From Deltaproteobacteria bacterium (GTDB taxonomy: Bacteria; Myxococcota_A; Polyangia; Fen-1088), in NCBI GenBank assembly GCA_033763315.1, contig JANRKS010000002.1, positions 96,001-160,000 of the forward strand: 64,000 bases of DNA, written 5' to 3'. The position numbers and the translations under genes were made by a program. Position 1 is the first letter of the stretch, and each line of letters starts with the position of its first letter. Shown here piece by piece: positions 39,688 to 48,109 of this stretch. Below the pieces are notes generated by a model. The model saw only the letters and a program-made list of their open reading frames with translations. It searched no databases and was not told where the DNA came from.

Positions 39688-40137
39688 CTATCCCTTGATC
39701 CGAAATACGACTTTGATTGGTTTGTCGCTGGCTTTCTCCAGAGAGCTGGCAGCCACGAAGCCGATGGCGCCCTTAAACGCGCCGATGTATTTGATCACGC
39801 CCTCGTCGTCTGTCATCCGCTTGGGCGGGCTTTCCGCCGAACGGTATTTGATCTCAAGCCAGTGACGTTCCAAGTCGGTTGCGTTTGTTTTGAGAACCTT
39901 GGTGATGAAGACGGTTCGTGCCCCATCGTCCATCTCGCTTTCCACCGGGCGTATTTTTTCGCCATTAGGCCAGGCGCTTTTTTGTTTCATGAAGTGACTG
40001 CGGATGTCGTCCGCGGTCATCGTGGTGTTCGGATTCGAGGCGTGCACGATGACGGCAATCTCAACGGGTGTGGCTGAAACGGCTGGCTTGCCCAGAGCTG
40101 CCAATACGAGAATCAATGCGATTCGTAGAATTTTCAT
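39688..40137 (-). CDS. Small periplasmic binding protein, paralog of 32367
   Basis: Sec-type signal from ATG 40137; IAVIVH, W.NG.KI, HW......PP, GAIGFV. Confidence 0.75.
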   Translation of the reverse strand: MKILRIALILVLAALGKPAVSATPVEIAVIVHASNPNTTMTADDIRSHFMKQKSAWPNGEKIRPVESEMDDGARTVFITKVLKTNATDLERHWLEIKYRSAESPPKRMTDDEGVIKYIGAFKGAIGFVAASSLEKASDKPIKVVFRIKG

Positions 40138-40147
40138 GGTGTGCCCC

Positions 40148-41368
40148 TTAGAAAGCAAAAGCGGTTTGAAGCATCAGTCCGTGTTTCGCGCGAGCTCCCG
40201 CAAGCGCTTCGGAGTACTCGACCTTCACGCGAACCCGGGGGGCGAAATCGTAGGAAAGGCCTCCCATCAACATCGCTGTTCTTGGCACGAAAACGCGCAC
40301 CACATCGTCGCCATCGCCTCGGAGGCCAAGGTAGGGGCCGCCGTTGGTTTGCGGAAGCTTCACGTAGTCAAAGCGCACGTAAGGCTTGAGCGCTCCGGTC
40401 GAAAGCAGATTGGCAGAAAGTTCGACGAATGCACCTTGGAGGGCGCCATTGCGCTCAGTGGCGGGCAGCACATTGTCGCGATCCCTATGCTGCTGATAAA
40501 GGTATTCGCCGATAAGGTTCACGTGGTTGGAGAAGATCGCGAGATGGGCGTCCACGCCAACTTCGGTGAGGCGAAGGCCCTGTGCTGCGGGATTCAGTGT
40601 TGAGTCGCCGCCACCCACCGTGGGAATGTAGAAGCTGGAAATACGGTCATACCAGCCTGAAACACCGAGTGTGGTTGAACGAAAGGCGGGAACCAACCAT
40701 TCGAGCATCGCAGTTGTGGTTCGCCAGCCGTCGTCGTCGCGCGCATATACCGCTTTGTCAGGCGAGGTGTTTCGCCCATTGCCCACCGAAACAGCGTATT
40801 TCAGCAGGTGAGACCGGCCCAGATCGAAGATGCCGTGCGCATGAACGCCCGTTGTGTGCGTGGGAACAAAGTTGTTCTCTTCCTCGAAAAGGTCGGGAAT
40901 TTGCGCCGAAATCATCATCCACGCCCGCGCGTAAAGGTTCCGGTTAAAATAGCCAATGGGTGTGAAGAACAACCCCGCTTGGATGTTCAACTGCGGCAAA
41001 ATGCGGTACTCAAGGAACATTCGTTCCACATCCAGTTCAATCTCGTCCTTGCGGCCACGGGCGGCTTGAAGGTTCACTTCCGCAAGATAGACGAAACGAT
41101 CGTCCAACTCCGTGGTGAGGACAAAGTCGGTTCCTACCAGCCCAAAGCCCTGATTGCTGTTCTTTACAAAAGCGTCTTCGCCACCCGCACCAAAGGCGGC
41201 ACCCTGGGTGGCCTGCGCGGGCTTGCCTCTCAGCACGCCGTACGTGATATCTGAAAACGCCGAAAGTGACGTTTCGAATTCACCCGCACGGCTGACGCCG
41301 GGCAGCGCGAAGAGCCCTACGCCTGCCATCACTGAAGCATACCGAAGCAACGTTGACTTTTGGAACAC
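40148..41368 (-). CDS. Outer-membrane beta-barrel (porin-like), paralog of 32852
   Basis: Signal peptide, VERMFLEY...LNIQAGLFFTPIGYFN, KPYVRFD, ends TAFAF. Confidence 0.75.
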   Translation of the reverse strand: MFQKSTLLRYASVMAGVGLFALPGVSRAGEFETSLSAFSDITYGVLRGKPAQATQGAAFGAGGEDAFVKNSNQGFGLVGTDFVLTTELDDRFVYLAEVNLQAARGRKDEIELDVERMFLEYRILPQLNIQAGLFFTPIGYFNRNLYARAWMMISAQIPDLFEEENNFVPTHTTGVHAHGIFDLGRSHLLKYAVSVGNGRNTSPDKAVYARDDDGWRTTTAMLEWLVPAFRSTTLGVSGWYDRISSFYIPTVGGGDSTLNPAAQGLRLTEVGVDAHLAIFSNHVNLIGEYLYQQHRDRDNVLPATERNGALQGAFVELSANLLSTGALKPYVRFDYVKLPQTNGGPYLGLRGDGDDVVRVFVPRTAMLMGGLSYDFAPRVRVKVEYSEALAGARAKHGLMLQTAFAF

Positions 41369-41400
41369 GAAGACCTCCCTACACGACTCTGATTTTTGGG

Positions 41401-42576
41401 CTAAAGGCCCGACACGAACAAAATCAATTGCTGACGCTCGGCATCGGAGAGAGCCAGGTACGCCGCTTTGACCCCCGACGCCTCACCTGCGTGATCGGCG
41501 ATGGCGTCTGCCACCCCACCCGCGCGTCCGTCATGCATCAACCCGACGTTGCGCGAAAGGCCCCAAAGGGGCGGCGTTCGGAATTCAGCGCCCGTTGCGG
41601 CGCCTTGAACGATCGAATCACCCGTACCCACATCGTGAAGCAGCAGATCCGAATACAGACGCACCGTTTGGTTCGCCAGAGCGGGGGAGACCTGACTGCC
41701 CGTTTGATAGCTAGTCCGGTGGCACGAGGCGCAGCCCACCGACGTGAACAAGGCCGCGCCCGCGGCCATCTCAGGTGTAAGCGGCGCCGACACCGGCGCA
41801 GTGGAGAATCGCATGAAGCTTGCGAGCGCAGGCACCACGCCCAACCGGGCTTCCGGATCTGGGGTGGGATCCATCAGCTTCAGCATCTCAACATTCCCTC
41901 CCGGCGCGTTCTCGGTGGGAAAGATGTCGTTCGTTATGCCCATCTCATTCCGGTACGCGTCTGCAGCGAACACATCCAGCGTTGCGTGCTGCGACTTCCA
42001 ACCGAAACGACCGACGCGCATCACCTTGCTCTTCGCATCCAACACCATGGCGGCCCTGCCGAGCACGCCGGCCGGTTTGGGCTCTTGTGCGGCGGCCATG
42101 ATGGCTTCGTCTGGTATCGCTTCAATGAGGCCTAAACCAAGGACGTTTGTGGTACGGCGTCGCGCGATCGTTTGGCAATGCGCCGGAACGTTCGCACTCG
42201 CCACTTCAGGGCGGGTTGAGAACAAGAAAATGAGCGACCCACCGGGAGGATCGCTTAACGATCCATCGGGACCTTTGCAGGCCGCCCTCGCCACCGTCAC
42301 AACCCCGGGGCCGCCCACGCCTTGGCTCGCGTGACAGCCAGCGCACGATGTCCCGTTAAAGAGTGGCCCGATACCGGCGGCGGCGGATTCAGTTTCCAGA
42401 AACTCGGAGCGTCCGAATATGAATTGCGCGGTTTCGTCCGCTGAAAGACCCTCCATCGCTAAGGCTGCGGTGGCACCGTGAACTTCAGGAGCCGGGGTCG
42501 CGTCTTCACACCCTGCGAGGGGCGCCGAAGCCAATGCAGCCGCCACCAACGCCACGATGCGCAAACCAACTTGCAT
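41401..42576 (-). CDS. Di-heme oxidoreductase (DHOR) family lipoprotein
   Basis: Lipobox LAGC; GPLFN..SCAGCH, GLGLIEAIPD, GRFGWK, CASCH, YSDLLLHD, FRTPPLWG, MHDGRA. Confidence 0.9.
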   Translation of the reverse strand: MQVGLRIVALVAAALASAPLAGCEDATPAPEVHGATAALAMEGLSADETAQFIFGRSEFLETESAAAGIGPLFNGTSCAGCHASQGVGGPGVVTVARAACKGPDGSLSDPPGGSLIFLFSTRPEVASANVPAHCQTIARRRTTNVLGLGLIEAIPDEAIMAAAQEPKPAGVLGRAAMVLDAKSKVMRVGRFGWKSQHATLDVFAADAYRNEMGITNDIFPTENAPGGNVEMLKLMDPTPDPEARLGVVPALASFMRFSTAPVSAPLTPEMAAGAALFTSVGCASCHRTSYQTGSQVSPALANQTVRLYSDLLLHDVGTGDSIVQGAATGAEFRTPPLWGLSRNVGLMHDGRAGGVADAIADHAGEASGVKAAYLALSDAERQQLILFVSGL

Positions 42577-42583
42577 GGGAAGT

Positions 42584-42611
42584 TCATCGGCGCACCACTT
42601 GCGTCACTTGA
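42584..42611 (-). promoter_or_regulatory. Candidate sigma-28 promoter of the DHOR-barrel-PBP-kinase operon
   Basis: Minus strand TCAAG-N15-GCCGATGA, 7 nt before ATG 42576. Confidence 0.65.
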
Positions 42612-42749
42612 GTGAAACCAACCCGGCTGAGGGCTACGTGAATCTTCGTGAGAAGGCCGTCAAAATTCGCGAACCTCCGTGAGACTCATATCGGCTAGGC
42701 ACGGTTCAACGCTTGGTCGAGCCTCGTCCAGATCCGTGGCGATCTGTCG

Positions 42750-43130
42750 ATGAAATACCCGAGCATGACCGCGATCAACTTCAACGCTCAGCTGGACCCC
42801 GTCGCGATGGACAAAGTTAAATCGATCGTCCAAGCGAGTGGGGAGCGATGCGTGGCGTACTTCGACATCGATGGAACGTTGGTAAATGACGACAACGAAC
42901 CGAACGTTCACGTTCTGTCTTTATTGACGTACCTGCACGCGCGTCAGTGCCGGATCTATTTGTGGAGCGCGGGAGGGGATGACAACTGTCGCAAGGTGGC
43001 GGAGCGTTATGGCATCGCATCACTGGTGTCGGCGTATCTTCCCAAACCAGTCATCAGCGTCGATGACATGCGGTACGACGATTATGTTTTCCTCAAGCTG
43101 CATCCGCGCGACCTTGAGCCGAAGGGTTAG
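42750..43130 (+). CDS. Small capless HAD-superfamily phosphatase
   Basis: YFDIDGTLV (motif I), LWSAGG (II), PK (III), SVDD (IV). Confidence 0.8.
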   Translation: MKYPSMTAINFNAQLDPVAMDKVKSIVQASGERCVAYFDIDGTLVNDDNEPNVHVLSLLTYLHARQCRIYLWSAGGDDNCRKVAERYGIASLVSAYLPKPVISVDDMRYDDYVFLKLHPRDLEPKG

Positions 43131-43132
43131 CC

Positions 43133-44635
43133 ATGGCTTTTTGTCCGGTGTGTGGCGCACCTGGGCCTGAGATCTCTACTCGCTGCGAGCGGGTGGCTCG
43201 CTTTTACGGATATTCGCGAGCGGACCTCGACAAGCTGGCGGCCCTTAAGTCTTCGATCGCGGTTCCCTTTTTTGATGTAAAGCGATTTTTCTTTGTACTT
43301 GAGAGCCTCGCCCAGCACCCGTTGGCCACGGAGATGTTGTTGGCCATCGAATCGAATGCCGCCCCACCGCCGCCCAACGAGTTTGGTAATGCTGTGCGGA
43401 TTATCCCTTTTCACAGCGCTGCGTTTCCTGGCTACCAAGAGCTTTATATCAAAGAAGATGTCTCGAAGACTATGGTCGTCTACCAGCATGAAGAGGCCAT
43501 CGAGCATCTGGGCTCTGAGGAGCGCGCCGTGCTTTTCGCGGAGCTCGCCACACGGTTCTTTGGTCGCGAGGATCTCGTTCCGGCGTCGGTCTGTGGCCTG
43601 ACGCAAGCCGGTGCGAAGTTCGTGGCCAGCGCCGGTGTCTCCAAGCAGACGTTTGCTTCGCTACAGGAGCTGCAGGATCCGGACGTGCTTGGGCTATGGC
43701 ACCAAGGCGTGGTTCCTCAGGCCGCGCTCGTTGACCTGGTGTTGGGCCAAAATGATCGCAACTCGCAAAACGTTCTTCTTTCGCGCGATGGTTCTCTTGG
43801 CACAATACGCCTGATTGACAACGATGATGCCTTCGTGACACACGAACGTCTGGTGGCTCCGTTTGCCTATCTGCATCGGCTCGTCTCGGTTCCCGACCTG
43901 CACTTCGGCACGGTGAGAACTTGGTTTGATCACTTCAGCCTCGCGTCGCTCGTTTCCAGGCTCACGCCCTTTGCTCTGCCTGAAGCGACTTTATCGGCGT
44001 TGTGTCGGCGCTTCGCCTTCGCCCGCCATGCGACCGTGTCGTCAATGCCGCTCGAGACCTTTATCAACCAGGTGTTCGTAGAGCGCCCTCCCGTGTCGTG
44101 GCGCTTGCCTGGCTGCCCATGGACGGTATGTCGAACGGTCGTCAAAGAGGAACAGGGGTCAACGTCCTACCGGACCTTTGTCGGCGAAGGCGTCGGCCAT
44201 GGTTTCGTCGTGCATAGGATCGAAGGAAAGCAACTGGATATGCATGTGCAAATAAGCCAACCCTGTTGGGTGTCGCGGCAAGACGAAGCGACGGCCCTTA
44301 TGGATTCTTTGATCAACGACGCTGCGGCCGAGGGCTTCGTGCACATGATCAGACGGCGTTTCTTTGTGGCAACACCTGATGTCCCCGATCGCCTCAGCCT
44401 CAGAGTCGTGGACGTTCGTAGTGATGCTTCAGGGTTTCACGTGGTGGTCAAACGCGGGAGCCTCGATCGTTACGGTTCCCGTCAAGTGGACAAATTCATT
44501 TCGTTCGCCTCTCTTGAACTCGCTTTGGCTGCCGCGGATTCGCTCGAGGCCGAACTCCTTCGCTCGCATTTCGTGGATATGCGCGCGCGTCTAGAGGCCT
44601 TCAAGGCCCCTCGACCGGCCACGTTCTTTGCATAG
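43133..44635 (+). CDS. Atypical kinase-fold protein (PI3/4K/HipA-like) with N-terminal CxxC and C-terminal WGR-like region
   Basis: MAFCPVCG; LYIK; DLVLGQNDRNSQNVLL...LIDNDDAF; C-terminal VVVKRG...F.S...A..AAD.L..E. Confidence 0.55.
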   Translation: MAFCPVCGAPGPEISTRCERVARFYGYSRADLDKLAALKSSIAVPFFDVKRFFFVLESLAQHPLATEMLLAIESNAAPPPPNEFGNAVRIIPFHSAAFPGYQELYIKEDVSKTMVVYQHEEAIEHLGSEERAVLFAELATRFFGREDLVPASVCGLTQAGAKFVASAGVSKQTFASLQELQDPDVLGLWHQGVVPQAALVDLVLGQNDRNSQNVLLSRDGSLGTIRLIDNDDAFVTHERLVAPFAYLHRLVSVPDLHFGTVRTWFDHFSLASLVSRLTPFALPEATLSALCRRFAFARHATVSSMPLETFINQVFVERPPVSWRLPGCPWTVCRTVVKEEQGSTSYRTFVGEGVGHGFVVHRIEGKQLDMHVQISQPCWVSRQDEATALMDSLINDAAAEGFVHMIRRRFFVATPDVPDRLSLRVVDVRSDASGFHVVVKRGSLDRYGSRQVDKFISFASLELALAAADSLEAELLRSHFVDMRARLEAFKAPRPATFFA

Positions 44636-44646
44636 GCCACGTGGCG

Positions 44647-46419
44647 TTAGTCTTTGGAAACCACGGCCGCCCATGTGCCTGAGTCTGAGGTCGATACAAC
44701 CGCTCCCGGCGGCACGATCGTGAGCTCGAGGCACGTGAGATCATCGCTGGCCGCCTCGCGACCCTTCCATGCCGAAAGATCCTCGAGCAGCTTCTGGATC
44801 ACGTCGGCACCTGGGCCCAGCGACTGGATGACGCGCTCAAGTCGTTCGATGCCGAACAACTCATCGGACCCATTGCGTTGCTCCGTGACACCGTCGGAGT
44901 AGAGCAAGAGCCTATCTCCGGTTGAAACGGAAATCGGCAAAAGCGGGAATGTGAGCTGGTTTGACGGCACCACGCCAAGCGGCAGTTGCCGCGTCGCCCA
45001 GCGCGTGGTGGCGCCCGAGTCGGCCTGGTTAATCAATACGGGTGGTGTGCCTGCTGTGAAGAGCTGGACGTTGTTCCAAGCTGAGTTCACTTCCAGTATC
45101 GTGGCCGCGCAGAACATGGATGGCGGCAACAGCTCATGAAGCTTCTGATTGATGGTTGAGATGGACTCGGCCAAAGGCACGCCCTTGCGCACGGTCGCGA
45201 AGAATATGGAGGCCAAGGGAATGGTGCCGATCGCCGCAGCAAGACCGTGCCCGGCAAAGTCTCCCAGGAATACGCGTAATCCACCATGAGGTAGTGGGTG
45301 AACCAAGAGGCAGTCGCCGCTGAACTTCTCAAGCGGTGCCTGAATGCAACGTACGGCGGGGTGCTTCAGTTGGCTGCTGGAAAGCACGTTCGTGAGGACG
45401 CGCAAGGCCATGTCCTGATCCTGTTTGGCCGCCAAGTTCAGCCTAAGCAGCTCATCAAGCTGTGCAAAGACGTTTGTGGTGGCCGCAGGTTGCATCGGTA
45501 TCGGTGTTTGATTTGCTCGGTGATTAACCCCCTCATCGCTCGGCGCCGCCGCGATCTTGGCGACCACGTGGTTGCCTCGCCCCAGGTACTCGAGGCTGTC
45601 AAAAGATATGGCGCGAGCCAGGGCAATGCCGCGGCCGTTCGGTGCGAAGCCCGCGTCTGTCGCCCCCGTCATCCATCGCTCGTGATCGAATCCGTCTCCT
45701 TCGTCGACCACGCTCAAAGAGATTTCGTTGGCCTGTTGGTGCCAAAACACCTGAACGCGTTTGCCACTGTTTTGCGGTTGCTCCAACCGGTGGCTTAGTT
45801 CCGCCTGCCAATCTTGGCCTGAGAGCAGCAGCTGCGCCTTTTCCGCATTGTCGATGCCCAAGTTGCCGTGCTCCACGGCGTTGAGCAGCAACTCCTCAAT
45901 GCCTAACTGCTGGCGAGCTGGGTCCGGGCAGTGGTTGCCAAGCAAGTGAGCCAACCAACGTGCTTCCTCGTGCGAGCGAAATGTGAAGCGTGCTTCACGC
46001 AGCAAGCCGTTTCCTTGTGCGGCGGTGCGCGGACGCGGGGCCGTACACTTAGACGCGGCCTCTATCATTGGTAGGATGTCTTCGGGCGGCACCGGATGTG
46101 TGCAGTGAACGAATCCCGCGCGAACCAAAAGCTCCGTGTCAGCGGTGTGAAATGGCGGCCCGATGGCAATGCCGGGGACGAGGTAGCCCAGCGTGTGGCG
46201 CAGTCGAAACAACTCGGCGATCGCTGCCACGGGACCCTCGGCTGCGTGCACAACCGCAACTTTTATCTCAGACGGGCGGCCGCTCGACGATGTGCCTTCG
46301 CACGATCTTAGCGACACAAACAGAAACCGGGCACTGTTGTCGACACCCGCCAGTGACTCAAGCAAGTCGTCACTGGCCGCGACCCGAATCGGCGTCACAG
46401 TGTTGTTCGCCTTCAGCAC
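44647..46419 (-). CDS. Fused anti-sigma Ser kinase (HATPase) + PP2C/SpoIIE phosphatase with degenerate N-terminal receiver-like region
   Basis: EELLLNAVEHGNL, DEGDGFD, GRGI; SGD, GDFAGHGLAAA, YSDGVTE, DDLT. Confidence 0.85.
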   Translation of the reverse strand: MLKANNTVTPIRVAASDDLLESLAGVDNSARFLFVSLRSCEGTSSSGRPSEIKVAVVHAAEGPVAAIAELFRLRHTLGYLVPGIAIGPPFHTADTELLVRAGFVHCTHPVPPEDILPMIEAASKCTAPRPRTAAQGNGLLREARFTFRSHEEARWLAHLLGNHCPDPARQQLGIEELLLNAVEHGNLGIDNAEKAQLLLSGQDWQAELSHRLEQPQNSGKRVQVFWHQQANEISLSVVDEGDGFDHERWMTGATDAGFAPNGRGIALARAISFDSLEYLGRGNHVVAKIAAAPSDEGVNHRANQTPIPMQPAATTNVFAQLDELLRLNLAAKQDQDMALRVLTNVLSSSQLKHPAVRCIQAPLEKFSGDCLLVHPLPHGGLRVFLGDFAGHGLAAAIGTIPLASIFFATVRKGVPLAESISTINQKLHELLPPSMFCAATILEVNSAWNNVQLFTAGTPPVLINQADSGATTRWATRQLPLGVVPSNQLTFPLLPISVSTGDRLLLYSDGVTEQRNGSDELFGIERLERVIQSLGPGADVIQKLLEDLSAWKGREAASDDLTCLELTIVPPGAVVSTSDSGTWAAVVSKD

Positions 46420-46428
46420 TTGCCGGCC

Positions 46429-46731
46429 TTAAGACAAACGAAAAAGCTGTCCGAAGTTCGCGACCGTTAGCACGTCTTTGGGTTGGCCCTGCGCGTTTGT
46501 AATTTGCACGCGATTGACGTCGCCACCGACCTTGTCGCGCAACAAGAGCAACATCCCCAATGCGGCGCTGTCCATGTATGTGGCGCCGCTAAGGTCCAGC
46601 ATAAAATTCGCGCCGCTGGGCGCCGATGCAAACGCCTTTCGGAACTCTGCGTGACAGGTGAAATCGAAGCGGCCTTCGATCGTGATTTGTACAAGGTTGC
46701 TCTCGGGTTTTGCTGCAATCGTGATAGGCAT
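46429..46731 (-). CDS. STAS anti-sigma antagonist, HsbA-like
   Basis: GRFDF..H.EFR, DLSGATYMDSAALGMLLLLRD, ANF.QLF. Confidence 0.9.
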   Translation of the reverse strand: MPITIAAKPESNLVQITIEGRFDFTCHAEFRKAFASAPSGANFMLDLSGATYMDSAALGMLLLLRDKVGGDVNRVQITNAQGQPKDVLTVANFGQLFRLS

Positions 46732-46747
46732 TTTGCGCCACTTTTCT

Positions 46748-47689
46748 CTAAAACAGTTCGATTTCGCCGTGGCTCATATTTGTTTGTGCCACGGCCCCGG
46801 GTTGAGCCAGCTCCGACAAGAGGCGTGTGATGATGTGCAACTGATCGCTGCCGGCTCGGTCATTGGATGCCATGGCGTCGAACGCTTGTTTGGTCAATGT
46901 CCCAAGAGAAATGACCTTCTTGCTGATGCCATCCAGAAGCTGCGTCAACATGTCTTCAAACTGCATCGATCGCGTGGCATCGGCGATCAATGTGGTCACC
47001 CGAGCGACAGTGCCCTCGAGTGTACCGTTGACTTCGTCCAGCCGTCGCACGACGTCGAACAAACCACTGCGCGATTCGATGGCCGTGTTCATGTCGTGTG
47101 AGGCCAGGTCAGTGGCACTCTTGCGGATGAGCCCGAGGCATTCAACCGATTTGGCTACCTCTTGGCGAATGTGGGAGCTCAAAGTGGCCGAAGCACCAGC
47201 CAAACGCTTAATCTCTTCAGCCACCACTTTGAATGTCACGCCGGCGTCGCCCGCGCGCTGGGTTTCAATCCGCGCGTTAAAAGCGATGAAACGTGATTCT
47301 CGCGCCAGCTGGTCGATGCCAGAGGTGTCCTTCGAGATCATATCGATGTGTTCTGAAAGGACCATGAGGTGCTCGATGATCTGCATACTGGTGCCGCTCA
47401 CTCGCACGACTTGTTCAACGAATTCGCGCAGCAGCTTCGACGTTGTTCCTGTCAGGCCCTCGCCGTGCTTGTGGGCGTTTTCTCGCAACGCCGTCGAAAT
47501 GCTGGCCAATAGCTCACGTTGGGTTGCCACGGCACCTTCGAGGCCGCGAAAGCTCGCCAACAGGTGCCCCACGGCGTCACGCACCACCGCCCGAGCGCGC
47601 ATCAAGTCCCCCTTGAGCCCGTCGAACACGAGATCCAAGCTTTGCTTGAGATTCTCGAGATCCCCACCCTTGGCCATATGTTCGACCAT
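46748..47689 (-). CDS. Soluble chemoreceptor-like protein
   Basis: IAFNARIETQRAGDAGVTFKVVAEEIKRLA, MQFEDMLTQ, ends GEIELF; start placed downstream of the promoter. Confidence 0.8.
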   Translation of the reverse strand: MVEHMAKGGDLENLKQSLDLVFDGLKGDLMRARAVVRDAVGHLLASFRGLEGAVATQRELLASISTALRENAHKHGEGLTGTTSKLLREFVEQVVRVSGTSMQIIEHLMVLSEHIDMISKDTSGIDQLARESRFIAFNARIETQRAGDAGVTFKVVAEEIKRLAGASATLSSHIRQEVAKSVECLGLIRKSATDLASHDMNTAIESRSGLFDVVRRLDEVNGTLEGTVARVTTLIADATRSMQFEDMLTQLLDGISKKVISLGTLTKQAFDAMASNDRAGSDQLHIITRLLSELAQPGAVAQTNMSHGEIELF

Positions 47690-47699
47690 CGGAGGGTGA

Positions 47700-47726
47700 C
47701 CATCGGCAGCCGGGCGCAAAGGTTTA
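47700..47726 (-). promoter_or_regulatory. Candidate sigma-28 promoter
   Basis: Minus strand TAAA-N15-GCCGATGG. Confidence 0.65.
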
Positions 47727-47763
47727 AATGAGATCCGTTGGTTTTGTAGACTTATGTTGGTTG

Positions 47764-47791
47764 TAAAGTTCCTAAAACGGGACGCCGATGT
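47764..47791 (+). promoter_or_regulatory. Candidate sigma-28 promoter of che operon 2
   Basis: TAAAG-N15-GCCGATGT, 8 nt before ATG 47800; back-to-back with the previous site. Confidence 0.65.
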
Positions 47792-47799
47792 GCTGGTCC

Positions 47800-48099
47800 A
47801 TGTCGACCACGCACGCTGGGGGCGTCACTTTGAAGATTGATGGCGAGCTCACGATCGCAGTGGCTCGGACCACGGCTGGCCAATGGCACGAGGCCGTGAG
47901 ACGCGCGGGGCCCGTTGTGGTCGACGTGGAACGCTTAGGGAAGGTGGATACGGCGGGCCTGCAGCTGCTGTTGTCGCTCAAACGCACGTGCGAGGAATCG
48001 AACCGCACGTTCTTGTGGCAGGGCAACTCCGCATCGCTGCAGGACGCAGCCACGCGCTGCGGGTTGGCGGACGAACTTGGGTTGAAAGCGGGAGATTGA
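47800..48099 (+). CDS. STAS domain protein
   Basis: IDGELTI, VD......VDTAGLQLLLS. Confidence 0.85.
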   Translation: MSTTHAGGVTLKIDGELTIAVARTTAGQWHEAVRRAGPVVVDVERLGKVDTAGLQLLLSLKRTCEESNRTFLWQGNSASLQDAATRCGLADELGLKAGD

Positions 48100-48109
48100 A
48101 GGGAACGAC

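Noticed and set aside
42688-42716. Second minus-strand sigma-28-like site (CCAAG-N16-GCCGATAT)
   Set aside because: Spacing is off relative to the other sites; the proximal site at 42584-42611 fits better
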